Part shown: positions 51,906 to 64,000 of the stretch, piece after piece | Layout: each line of letters begins with the position of its first letter | Position numbering within the stretch: position 1 is the first letter of the stretch | Program-made: the position numbers and the translations under genes | Assembly: GCA_000004985.1 (NCBI GenBank) | Contig: GG738929.1 | Strand: one strand, 5' to 3' | Length of the DNA: 64,000 nucleotides | From: Naegleria gruberi | Lineage: Eukaryota | The notes under the pieces: generated by a model | Seen by the model: the letters and a program-made list of their open reading frames with translations, nothing else | Database searches by the model: none | Told to the model about the DNA's origin: nothing

Positions 51906-53621
51906 CTAAATACAATTCAAAGTACTTACAAATTGTTTTTGTAATGCAAATTTTTGCATATCTGAGAGACTCTTTTTCATCAAATTTTCTGAAAGGTCAT
52001 CAACTTTTCTCCTTTGATCTTCCACTCTTTGAGCTAATTCTTTCACATTAGCATTCTGTGATACTTTGCTAGAGTTTGTACTGTTTGAGCTGCTTCCAAC
52101 TTTTGGTGTAACATCTCTAATCTCCTTTACCTCTTTGAATTCTTTGATATTCAAATCTGGACTACTATCAGAAATGCTTGGAAGATTGGATTTTCTCATC
52201 AATGGAATTTCCTTTCTCATAGGGTTAATTACAGTGGAGCCTCTCATAGAGGAAGATCTCAGACTACTAACAGACGAATTCACAGAAGAAGAGGTAGGCC
52301 TCTTTTTAACTGATTGTTTCTTGGCCATTGAAGAGCTATTGTCATAAGGAGTATAGCTGATAAATGGCTCAATGTGTTCATATTTTTCAACTTCTGGATT
52401 GAGGTTGTACATTTTCTCAATAAACTCATTCTTTCTAATTAAAAACTCAGTTTGAATTTCCTCTACGTGTGCTTTAAACCTTTCATAATAGCTTTTTGCA
52501 GTGACATTAGGTCTATTCTTCTTCTTGGTCGGTTCTGATTTATCCTCTTGCAGTGAGTATATATTGTCCTTGAATGTCATTAAAAAGTGTCTCAGGTTTT
52601 CCTCATTACTTTCTCTATCAAAATCTTCGAATGATTGTACAATATCTTCAATAATTTCTTGATTAACAGACTTTGAGCTCACAGAACTAGGTGTAACTTG
52701 ACCTGTAAAATCATTATACTTTTGTTCGATTTCTTTTAGCATTTCTGAAAAATAGGAGTTATAAAATGTACTTGTTTTTGACATTATGTTCAACTCTTCC
52801 TGTTTCATTTGCAAATCCAATTCAAATAAAGTCTTTTGAGCATGGAAAGCTTTTACAAACTGTTTGATAGCATCCTCAACTTCTTTTGAGGTTTTAGAAT
52901 TACCTATTCTTGGTAATTTTGACATCATTTCAGAGGAACTCATATTCATTGGGTTGTAATATTGACCATATGAAGAGCTAACCTCCTCGGAAGAACCTTT
53001 CACTTTCTTTGGCAATACTAAAGAGAGCTCTACCATCTCATTCAGTACTTTTGTTATGTTGTTAATTGTAATATCGGTCAATAGTAAAAAATTAGTATCT
53101 TTGACTTGACTTTTGTTAGCATTAAGCTGAGTTCTTAATCTATACAAGTTTCTGTACACGTGAGTCAAATCATTTTCCAACTCCAAAACTGTTGACACTT
53201 CGAGATAAGGTATATCATCATTCTTAGAGTAATTGCAAACATTTTGAACTGAATCAGTACCTCCTGAGTATTTACATTCCATAAAATATTTTTGATTTTC
53301 TGCTTGTTTTGTCAGAATATTATAGTTTCGAATCTTTTCTTGCAACATTTTACCCCATTTTCGTAAATGAGATCTTTCTATAGGAGAAGAATCCTCTTCC
53401 TCTCCAACTATTTCAAGAACAAAGTTATCAATATCCGTGACTGCCTCTGCCTTGATATTTGTACATTTCGTTAATAATTGAACCTGTCTTTCCAATTGAA
53501 CAATTTTGGCACGATAGGATTTAATAATTCTGGCATCATTATCTTCATTTTCCATCATCAATTCCTTATTCAAGTGTTTTAAATCCTCAATTTCCCTCCT
53601 TAACAATTCATTTTCTTCCAA
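51906..53621 (-). CDS. Coiled-coil protein, function unknown (571 aa; start uncertain)
   Basis: Long ORF rich in heptad-like Lys/Glu segments; track start is TTG, first in-frame ATG is codon 22; an upstream ATG-bearing exon is possible. Confidence 0.45.
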   Translation of the reverse strand: MEENELLRREIEDLKHLNKELMMENEDNDARIIKSYRAKIVQLERQVQLLTKCTNIKAEAVTDIDNFVLEIVGEEEDSSPIERSHLRKWGKMLQEKIRNYNILTKQAENQKYFMECKYSGGTDSVQNVCNYSKNDDIPYLEVSTVLELENDLTHVYRNLYRLRTQLNANKSQVKDTNFLLLTDITINNITKVLNEMVELSLVLPKKVKGSSEEVSSSYGQYYNPMNMSSSEMMSKLPRIGNSKTSKEVEDAIKQFVKAFHAQKTLFELDLQMKQEELNIMSKTSTFYNSYFSEMLKEIEQKYNDFTGQVTPSSVSSKSVNQEIIEDIVQSFEDFDRESNEENLRHFLMTFKDNIYSLQEDKSEPTKKKNRPNVTAKSYYERFKAHVEEIQTEFLIRKNEFIEKMYNLNPEVEKYEHIEPFISYTPYDNSSSMAKKQSVKKRPTSSSVNSSVSSLRSSSMRGSTVINPMRKEIPLMRKSNLPSISDSSPDLNIKEFKEVKEIRDVTPKVGSSSNSTNSSKVSQNANVKELAQRVEDQRRKVDDLSENLMKKSLSDMQKFALQKQFVSTLNCI

Positions 53622-54074
53622 TAATTTCTACATATTTTAATAATTTAATATATTCCATCCATCACATGATCATCATTAGAAAATCCAATGCACAATAACA
53701 ACTCTCATACAAACCCTTCGTTCGACTTCATCAAAAGTATTCCCGCTAAAATTCATTTTTTTAAAGTTTGAATTTTAAAAACTGTAAATCGGTTATGAGG
53801 TTAAATTAGATAATGAATTGAATAGAATGATTTGATAATTGCTCTATAGGTTAGTTGACATCTGTAACAAGTGATGTAAAACCTGAAGCATTAATTCTTT
53901 AATCCAGATAAAGATTTAAAAAATAGCTCAAAGTGTTGTATGCTGCTGGAGCAGATCGGAAGAGAAGTGTATTAATTCTTCATCATACAAAATTTGAATC
54001 ATCATCAGTTGTGGAGAAAAGAAATATATCAATTAGTAATATATTAAATTAGGATCATTGATTTGTTATAAAAT

Positions 54075-55837
54075 ATGTTGTCATCAAAGGTAACTAAAAA
54101 GTACGAACCTATTGTTCCAAAACCTCTCTTTTATGGTTCATTGGTTGTAACAATTGGTATTGTGATTGTATTGCTAAATCATGCCTATAACTTGTCTCGG
54201 GATTTTATTACATCAGGACAGGCGATCTATCCAATGAGAGTTGACAAAGGATGGTTTATGGATTTTGAACAGGTTTGTTTCAGTTTGATTATTCGGATAA
54301 TAATAATGGATTTAGGATTTAACAGATCCACAATGGAGAAGTTTCAGACAGTTTATTCCTTTATTATTAATTGGAGCAACTGTATATGTAATACTTTCTA
54401 GAATTATCAGACATTTATTATTCCCAAATGTTTGTATTTTAATTATATTATTTAATAATTTTATTAATTTGAATTAATTAGAATTATAAGGCTACTCTGA
54501 TTTATTACTTGCTATTTTCTGCAGGATTTATTTATTTCCTTTATGGAAATTGTGTAATATTTCTTATTGGAATTACTCTTGTAAATTATTTAATTGGAAA
54601 GATTTTCAAATCAAGTAAGCTAAATACTATTGTATCTTGGCTTTTCAATTTGACAATTTTATTTACTAGTAAGCGATATAATGGATACTATTTCCAGGAC
54701 TTCTTTTTACCTGGTTCTCTAGAACAAAATAGAGGAGTTCTCGATTGGGAAACCTATTTTAATATCTTATTTTGTAGATTAATTAGTTATAATATGGATT
54801 ATTCAGAACAATTATCAAGGGTCCCATCTGATTCAATCAATGCTACTAAAAAGGAAGATGAACAATGGTCAGAATATAGACAACGTCAGGAAACATCTTT
54901 GAATATCGAGGCTGATTTCAATTTACTCCATTATTTGGCCTACATTTTCTATACACCACTCTTTATTGGTGGTCCTGTTTGCAGTTATACTGCTTTCATT
55001 TCTTATGTAAAATATTCCACCCAAAAAGAACTCTCATATGGTCAATTAATATGGCACACTATTAGACTTGTCGCTTATATTATTTTATTAGAGATTTACC
55101 TTCACTTGTTCTACACTGTTGGTTTCAATGATGTAGGATTCTGGAAAGAGGGACTCTGGAGAGGAAAATTCACTCGAGTTCTCCCTCCTTTTTCAGTTGG
55201 TGTCATTGGTATTACTACTCTAACATTTATGTATATGAAATTCTTGATTATTTGGAGAATGTTCAGATTGTGGGCTCTTTGGGACGGAATCAATCCTCCT
55301 GAGAATATGAATAGATGTGTGAATAATAATTACCTTGTTTCAGATTTTTGGAGATCTTGGCATAGATCTCTCTATATGTGGATTTTACGTTATCTTTACA
55401 TACCACTTGGAGGAAGCAAATCAAAGGTTTGGAGTGTTTGGATTATTTTCACTTTTATTGCATTGTGGCATGATCTTTGGTGGAGATGGCTTGCTTGGGC
55501 ATGGATTAATTGTTGTTTATTGATTTTGGAAGCTGTCTTTTTCTATGCTATTCTTCCAAGAATGTCATGGATTGAAAAATTGAGACAAAGAAGCAAGTAT
55601 ACATTTGCTTTCTTGTGTGGATTTTCTGGAGCTATCAGTATTATTACCCTTATTATTGCAAATCTTGCCATTATGCATGGTTTTGCTGATACTCCACTTT
55701 TCATTCATCAACTCTTCTTACAACCAGGTGGTTTTGTTTACTTTTTGACAATCTTATTTGCACTTCCTTTTGTTGTAATGGTCATGATTCATAAGAGAGA
55801 TATGGAAAGAATGGCTGGTGATGAAAAGAAGTTTTAA
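54075..55837 (+). CDS. GUP1-like: MBOAT-family acyltransferase of the GUP1/HHAT type (552 aa, 3 exons)
   Basis: join(54075..54272,54316..54429,54491..55837); both donors are GTTTGT, introns 43 and 61 nt. Yeast Gup1 blocks recalled from memory (not an alignment) are paralleled: DLTDPQWRSFRQFIPLL (cf. DNSDRQWRFFRDHLPLL), VNYLIGK (cf. INYLIAK), SWLFNLTILFTSKRYNGYYF, WETYFNILFCRLISYNMDY. MBOAT signature FWRSWHRSLYMWILRYLYIPLGG. Confidence 0.8.
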
Positions 55838-55968
55838 TCTCACAAACTCATCAATTTGAGGAAGTAAGCTTTGATTCTGTTAAAAATGTCTGTGGAACGT
55901 CACTTTTCATCAATAAATTACAACCAATCACAATTAAATTTAATCATAAAAAATACGATCATCACACA

Positions 55969-56409
55969 ATGAGCAGAAGTGGAAAAGTTGGAGGCCTTTT
56001 ATCCATGTGGGAAAAGAAGGGAGAAGATACTCAAACAACCTCAACCCCAAAGAAACCAATCACATTACCAACAGCAAACACTACTTCATCAACCACATCA
56101 ACCACAACCACAGCAACAACCACCACTCCAGTCGTAAAGAAGGAGGAACCAGTAAGCAAACCAGCAACAAGCAATACCACCACCACTTCAACTCCAAAGA
56201 AGGAAGAACCTGTTGTTACTCAACCATCAGTGAAATCAACTCCACCACCAACTACTTCTTCACCACCTCCATCTGGTAAGACCACAGTTACCCCAACTCC
56301 TACCACAACAATTCCAGATGTTTTGCAACCAGAATTTTTGAAGAAATTAGAAGAATTGGTTGTTGCTGTCGAAAAGGAAACTGCTAGATTGGAATCATTG
56401 GCCAAATAA
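55969..56409 (+). CDS. Thr/Pro/Ser-rich low-complexity protein (146 aa)
   Basis: ATG ORF with strong codon bias; mucin-like TTTSTTTTATTTTP tracts and C-terminal amphipathic helix. Confidence 0.35.
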   Translation: MSRSGKVGGLLSMWEKKGEDTQTTSTPKKPITLPTANTTSSTTSTTTTATTTTPVVKKEEPVSKPATSNTTTTSTPKKEEPVVTQPSVKSTPPPTTSSPPPSGKTTVTPTPTTTIPDVLQPEFLKKLEELVVAVEKETARLESLAK

Positions 56410-56946
56410 TTCAAAAACAAATTGTAAAAATATGTAATTGATATAACTAAAGTAGTATTTATTTAACAATAACATTTTTCAAATTTGAAAGCAATAATTC
56501 TCAAACATTTTGAAAACTACTTGGAACAATCTTTATACACTCAATGAATTATATCACTTTTTGGAATTATCTTTATACACTCTTCTTATTTACCTCAATT
56601 ACATTCCTGGAATCGAACATTCATCTCTTGATCTTTGTACTTGGAAATCAGAACATTAGCAATACACAGTAACACAGCATTAAAGAGAGAACAATCTAGT
56701 AATAACAAGCACCTTGTATTGCATTGGTATTGTAAATCCGACAATTTCCCTCCATAACCCAATGATTTGAATCTATCGAGATGAAATTATTTACAATGAT
56801 TACTTATGAAGTTGTATGAGGCGCCAAACAGGTTGCTGATGAAGAGACCAATCTTTACGATGATGACCGATGAGTTGTTGTTCCAGAGTAATACTTTCCC
56901 GCCAAAAACAAACACCTCATTGGACGAAGGTTTGTAAAAATTGTAA

Positions 56947-58413
<1,467 letters not shown>

Positions 58414-58535
58414 ATAAATCTAAAAAAGCTTTTAAGCAATTTTTGAAATCTCTATTCTAAGAGGAGCTAAGGCTGGAAGCATTACACTTGCAAGCTTACA
58501 AGAATGAGAAGCATTATTAAAATAAAGTTTTTAAT

Positions 58536-60948
58536 CTAGTTTACAATCGACACTGCACTCTTTTCCTTATATAATGATACTGCAAAGTACCATTCAACTT
58601 TGAGATCTATTGAATCATCAAAACATGTACCCAAATCTGTACTAATGTCATCCATTATAACCTTAACAGATAAACATCTCTTATCAAAATTAAAATTAAC
58701 AATAACAGTGGCCTTTTCTTTGAGTAATTTGTTTTTCGTAAACTTTTTCCATGAATCCATGTAACCAGCTTGCCCAGAAACAAAGTTAATACCATAGGAA
58801 TTTTGAAGTTTCTTTGATCCTAATATTCCTCCTTTTTTACAAATTCTCCAATCATTATCTTTTGACACTAAACCAATGACAATTTCATTTTCTGCACTGA
58901 GTTTCTCAATCTTGAATGCAACTTCATTATTGAGTGGTGTTACCTTTTGTTCACATCTGGCAGTATAGTAATCTGATCCAAAAACCTTATTCTGTAAAAG
59001 AGTTAAGGTCTTTTGATGATTAGAAAGGTTGAAATAGTTGTGTTTACAACCAGTCTCAAATATAAAGCTTTGCTTTTGTTGCTTAAATACCATCTGATAA
59101 TATTCATCAACGTTGACATTTTCTTTTGGATCATGTGAAGGTTTAGCTTGCCCTTTAACCTCAGTAACCATCTTGTTTTTGAACATGCCAACCATTAAAT
59201 TACTTTTTGAAGGTACCTTTTTCAATGACTTATCATCAACTAATTGAATTCCATTGTTATATTTCACGCTCTTTCTTCTTGCTTTAACAGTTTGAGATCT
59301 TGCTTGCTGAGTTGAGGCACTACTCTTTCTTGGACTCGAATCATTCAAATTTGGTGAAACAACAATTCCCTGTTCATGATGTTTCAGAATGAGAGGACCA
59401 AGTAAATCATTAATATTTTGCTTAACCTTTTCGCTAAATTCAACTTGTTGATTCAATTGATCAATTTGAGATTGCTTAACTTTCATCTCTGCAAAATATT
59501 TAAATTTTCTAAATCTCATCAACCATGGAGAGTATTTAATCTCTGAAATACTTTTAGGTCTTTTAGTTTTATCATTCGTCAGAACACTCATTATTAAATC
59601 AACAATGTGTCTATCACTACAATTTTCTTCAAGAATTGACCAAGTTTTTTCTTCATCAATTGCATCAATTTTCAAAAATGTGCTGTCTTTAACAATTAAT
59701 TTAAATAATAAATGACCTAAATTCCAAATATTTTCTTGTTTTTCCTTTTCCAAATCTGCATTTAAATCTGTTTGTAAAAATGTTTCCAAATTAAGATAAA
59801 TGCCAATTTGCTTCTTTACATCACCTGATAAATTGTCTCTAATGAAAATATCATTCTCAAGTAATTGTTTAACTAAATTATTATTGTTAAATGTCCTATT
59901 TCTACTATGAAACATCATAATCACATCAAGAACTTGTGTGAAAATATGAATTGCACTATCAGTACTCATATTTCCAAAAGTTGATTTCAATAAATCACTT
60001 AATTTAATTTCAGATGGAATATATTCCATAGTATAGAACAATCCAGTAAATTTAGGTTCAAATTCTTCACTATTTTGATCAATGACAAGATATAAATCAT
60101 AAACTTGAGCAACATTGACATGATATGAAAGTGATAATAATTCAATGAACTGTTTTTTTGAAATAATCAGAAAATTGAATGAATCCAAATTGATTAAACT
60201 CTAAATTAACAAAATGAAAACAATGAAAACAAACCTTTCTTTTCAATTCCAATTCATTTCCCAATATTGATGATTTAAAATTATCATCAATAAAGTGAAT
60301 ATATCTTCCAACACAATATTCAATATTATCTTCATCTTCTGTACTTTCATCTTCTTGATATTCATCTTCTAAAACTTCAATATCTGATAAAATTGAATCA
60401 TTTCCAGGTGGAGTATTAGCAGATCCAGCCAAATTACCTTTCATTCTATGTTGTAGTTGAACTAATTCTTCAAAATCAGAGAAGGAAGTACTTGTACTCA
60501 TATTTTGAGTAGATTCTGAACTTGGTGATTGACATGAATGATGATTGAGTGGTGTTGTATTATTTGAAGCAGTTAAATGTTGTGGAGTTTGTGGAGATGA
60601 TGATAAATTTGTGTGTAATTGTTTTACAATTGGTAAATTTAATGTTAAATAATCTTCACTTGTTTGTAGAGTATATTCGTAAAGTGAAAATTGTGAATTT
60701 GATGATTGATTTTTTCTATAGTGAATAGTAAATGATTTGTATGGAGAAAATCTGTGCTGATGAGAATTTAAATTTCCATGAATTGATGATGACAATGATT
60801 GATGACTGGCAGCAATCATCAATGTATTGAAATGATAAGATTCATGATGAGAAGTTTTTGATGATGATGCTTGTTGTTCAACAACAGCTTCTTGATTGGA
60901 TGAAGTAAAATAGGCGTAATTTAACTTGTAGTGAGAGGGGTCTGTCAT
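58536..60948 (-). CDS. Pseudokinase-like plus C-terminal SPRY/B30.2-domain protein, split into two ORFs by a frame change at an A7 run
   Basis: ORF 60142-60948 (Ser-rich N-term ...GRYIHFIDDNFKSSILGNELELKRK) and ORF 58536-60188 overlap by 47 nt in the +1 frame across TTCAAAAAAACAG; the downstream part has a kinase-like C-lobe (MEYIPSEIKLSDLLKS...IFIRDNLSGDVKK...KRPKSISEIKYSPWL) lacking HRD/DFG, then an SPRY-like beta-sandwich (WRICKKGGILGSKKLQNSYGINFVSGQAGYMDSW...LKVEWYFAVSLY). Confidence 0.5.
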
Positions 60949-61079
60949 TTTTTTTGTTTGTCATCTGACGTTGATGTTTTTATTGTTGATAAATTGGTAG
61001 TGAATTTTGCCTATTGATCAGGTATCATCTCTTTGAGTGACTGTTGGTAACCAACAATACTTGTTGAACAAAAATTCAA

Positions 61080-62026
61080 TTATTGGACTAACTTTTCGAA
61101 TAAATTCTTTAAATCTTTCATTTCTTCATTAGAAACTTCATGTGAATGATATCTGTAAATCTTTCTACTTGTAATACTCTTTCCCTTTTCAAGCCAATCA
61201 AAACTTTCAGATGCAAATGATTGATAATGAACAACATCATCTTCATCTCCATGGAAAATATAAAGTGGTGTTTCCTTATTTTCCTGTGAAATAAATTCAC
61301 TTGGATTAGTAAATTTAGATCTCAATAACATGTATCCTGATGCACTAATGATGGCACCCAATGGATGCTTAGATTGAAGTCCTGTTAATAATGACATGGC
61401 TGCTCCTTGACTGAAACCTTTTATAAATTATTATCAAAAATTATTAAAATTATTATATTTCAAAAATAATTTTCAATTAAAATAATTAATAAATTAATAA
61501 TAAACGAACCTCCAAGAATAATTCTCTTTGAATCAAATTGTTTTAATTGAGATTCAATTAATTCATCAATTAATTTCTTTGATGCTTCGTAGCCTTCCAA
61601 ATCTTCATGTACTTTTAATTCCTGTCTTTCCAATGAATATATATCGTACCATCCATTCATTACCATTCCTCCATTAATTGTAATTGGTCGTTGAGGTGAA
61701 TTTGGTAGAATGGCCATTGTATTCTCTGGAAGAATTACTTGCAACATTTGTGAGAAGCCTTCATAATTATCACCCAAACCATGAAGCCAAATAACAAGTG
61801 AATCAACAAGTGGTTTGGAATCTTGTTGTTGTTGAGGCTTCGGAGATGGGGTTAAAACAGCACAATCCAATCCACACAGTCTAGTTCTCTGAATTTTGTG
61901 ATAGCCCATTATTGAATTTTTATGTGGAGTTTGGAATAGACGTTTAATAATGATGTTGTGATTATTCTTGTTTGTGCCAATGAAATGTTGTTGTCTTGAT
62001 GAGAGGGAAATTAAAGATTTCATCAA
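61080..62026 (-). CDS. APT1-like: Acyl-protein thioesterase / lysophospholipase (LYPLA1/APT1-like alpha/beta hydrolase) with N-terminal extension (284 aa, 2 exons)
   Basis: join(complement(61510..62026),complement(61080..61417)); 92-nt intron with GTTCGT donor in phase 1 restores the nucleophile elbow RIILGG|FSQGAAMSL (GFSQG); upstream LVIWLHGLGDNYEGF; downstream IFHGDEDDVVHY (Asp/His of triad). Confidence 0.8.
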
Positions 62027-62152
62027 TTTTTTTAATTTTTAAATAAAATTTTAAATTAGCCATTTCTTGGTATTCTCTTCATAAGTAAGTACTCCAGTAG
62101 GCATGGTGCTCTATCCATTGTGCTGTTTTAACCCCATCTCTGAATTCGAATT

Positions 62153-64000
62153 TTATTTTTCCAAGATGGTTTTCACAACATTTCTAATTTGTGTTTGAGA
62201 TATTGGTTTTAGACACACAAGATCCATTCCTGCACGTTTGCACAAGCTTTCTCCATCACTATCTCCAGTCGCACCAATTAAAATACAAGAAGTAGCAGGT
62301 TTCTTTTCTGCTTCAAATAGTCTTATTTTTTCGGCACATTCCAATCCTGACATTACATCCATGTGTACATCAAGAACAATGGCATCAAATTTGTTAGGGG
62401 TATCAAAATTCTCAATATAAGCATCAAGAGCCTCTTTACCATTTGAAACACCCTTAGTTTCAATCATGAGCTTGTGTGGTTCATTCTTGACCTGCGAGAG
62501 ATGATTTTCTAGCTCACTATTTCCAGTAAGACCACCAAATATCTTGAGCATAATATTCTTATTAATAACATTATCATCAGCTACAAGTATTCTTAATTTA
62601 AGTTGTTTCTCTGATGGTCCACTATCAGATGATCCTGAGGGAGACGATTGGGGTGATGTTTCAGATGTTTGCGGATCTTTGGAAATTGCTGGCAAGTTTG
62701 GCTCTGAAATTAATGCCTTCTTAGGGAATTGGAATTTTTCAAAATCATTCTTCTCCGTGCTTGAAAAGGAAACAGTGGAATTCTTCATTGTTAATATTTG
62801 TTGAATCATATATTGGAAAGAAAAAAGTGTTACAGGTTTTCTAATTGATAAATCAAACATAGACTTGTTGGATTTAGGAAGATTTGTATCCTTTTTGATA
62901 AAACTTAGGAATCTTTTAGGTTCAAATCTATCAAACCATACAATTAATTTAGGTTGGATGACTTGATTATTTGTAGCAAATTTAGCATTATGTGACTCTA
63001 TTAATACTTTCAGTTTAGAAATGGTTGAATGAATTCTTTCAATCTCTACTGGAGAATAAATAAGAGTACTATTTCTTCTACCAGCATTGTTTGATTGATT
63101 TGCAGCCTTAGATTCAGCATTATGGGAGGAAACATGAGCTGCAGTGAAAAGAGCATTCTCGCTCTTTGGTAGATTGTCAGGAAGGAAACAAGCGTCATCC
63201 AAAATAATGAAAGAAATAGGTTTCTTAACTAACCAATCATTAGGATTAGATGATGATCTGTGCAAGAACTCCTCAGTGAATTGCTCTATCTTGTCAGCAT
63301 TTACAAATACGTTTTCAATATTTTCCATTGTTGCAACCTTTTCATCAAACACTTCTCTTAAATAATTGGAGAGGATGTTTCTCACTTTTGATTCTTTGTA
63401 AAGTACGAGACAAATATTGTTGCCATAATTTTTGGAAAGCTTTTCCTTTACCTCCATAATCTTACTTTCATCTGTAAGAGGTAATCTCTTATCAGCTCTG
63501 TCAATAATCTTGTCATAGTCCTCTCCTCTTGCAGCCTTTTGAAAAACAACTGTAAACCAGAAATTACTTCCACTGGAACCATTACTCTTACAACCAATGT
63601 CACCATTCATGAGGGTTGTAAGGTTTTTACAAATACTGAGACCAAGACCACTTCCTTCATACTCCTTATCCTTTTTCAATCTTGAAAATACTTTGAAAAG
63701 ATCTTTTTGTTTTTCTTGAGGAATACCGATACCAGTATCACAAACTACTACAAATACTTTCACTGTGGTTTCAGTTTCTTCTGGAACATCAACCAAGACA
63801 GAAACCGATCCTGTATGAGTAAACTTGATAGCATTACCCATCAAGTTTGTTAGAATTTGTTGGAATTTGTGAACGTCACCTCTAACAACCAATGGTACTC
63901 TATGTTTAGATCCACGTTTTACATCAATTTCAAGTGCTACATCAATTCCCTTCTTAAAGGCAGTAACACTGTTAATAGAAATAATTTCTTCAACAGAATA
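62153..64000 (-). CDS. Hybrid histidine kinase, C-terminal part (HATPase_c + receiver); N-terminal H-box region lies beyond the window end
   Basis: Frame open to the window edge; N/G1/G2 ATP-lid boxes QQILTNLMGNAIKFT, VCDTGIGIPQE, GSGLGLSICKNL; a linker of about 250 aa; C-terminal receiver LRILVADDNVINKNIML...FDAIVLDVHMDVMSGLE...ILIGATGD...CLKP. Confidence 0.8.
   Translation of the reverse strand, partial: YSVEEIISINSVTAFKKGIDVALEIDVKRGSKHRVPLVVRGDVHKFQQILTNLMGNAIKFTHTGSVSVLVDVPEETETTVKVFVVVCDTGIGIPQEKQKDLFKVFSRLKKDKEYEGSGLGLSICKNLTTLMNGDIGCKSNGSSGSNFWFTVVFQKAARGEDYDKIIDRADKRLPLTDESKIMEVKEKLSKNYGNNICLVLYKESKVRNILSNYLREVFDEKVATMENIENVFVNADKIEQFTEEFLHRSSSNPNDWLVKKPISFIILDDACFLPDNLPKSENALFTAAHVSSHNAESKAANQSNNAGRRNSTLIYSPVEIERIHSTISKLKVLIESHNAKFATNNQVIQPKLIVWFDRFEPKRFLSFIKKDTNLPKSNKSMFDLSIRKPVTLFSFQYMIQQILTMKNSTVSFSSTEKNDFEKFQFPKKALISEPNLPAISKDPQTSETSPQSSPSGSSDSGPSEKQLKLRILVADDNVINKNIMLKIFGGLTGNSELENHLSQVKNEPHKLMIETKGVSNGKEALDAYIENFDTPNKFDAIVLDVHMDVMSGLECAEKIRLFEAEKKPATSCILIGATGDSDGESLCKRAGMDLVCLKPISQTQIRNVVKTILEK

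Noticed and set aside
56520-56600. Direct repeat GGAA(C/T)(A/T)ATCTTTATACACTC, two copies 40 nt apart
   Set aside because: Only two short copies in a 3' flanking region; too small to call a mobile element or regulatory array.

Overview
This is AT-rich (roughly 35% GC), gene-dense eukaryotic nuclear DNA, not prokaryotic. Evidence is spliceosomal introns (GTAAGT/GTATGT...AG, 43-210 nt), standard TAA/TAG stops, single-exon actin, beta-tubulin and acetyl-CoA carboxylase genes, two tRNA genes, and about 35 protein-coding genes in 64 kb (about one per 2 kb). The ORF track translates TTG/GTG starts as M, so I moved starts to the first in-frame ATG where sensible. My splice-junction coordinates are hand-derived and may be off by 1-2 nt. 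Gene content points to a free-living flagellated protist with two-component signalling. Present are a hybrid histidine kinase, a RegA-like receiver-phosphodiesterase, the axonemal dynein assembly factor DNAAF1, Pus10, Seh1 and VAMP7. The closest known parallels are RegA/RdeA in Amoebozoa and the large histidine-kinase repertoire of heterolobosean amoeboflagellates such as Naegleria; the species cannot be named from sequence alone. The most interesting item is a single gene (11197-14281, three exons) encoding receiver + class-I cAMP phosphodiesterase + pseudo-receiver + HPt domain. This puts the RegA and RdeA functions of the Dictyostelium phosphorelay into one polypeptide. Further noteworthy items are: two paralogous secreted Lys/Trp-rich tandem-repeat proteins that look like multi-peptide precursors; an expanded F-box-like family repeatedly paired with DUF4116-like repeat ORFs; four gene models broken by frame changes (three at A/T homopolymer runs), suggesting homopolymer indel errors or pseudogenes; two tRNA-like sequences with non-canonical anticodon regions; and unusual GTTTGT/GTTCGT splice donors.
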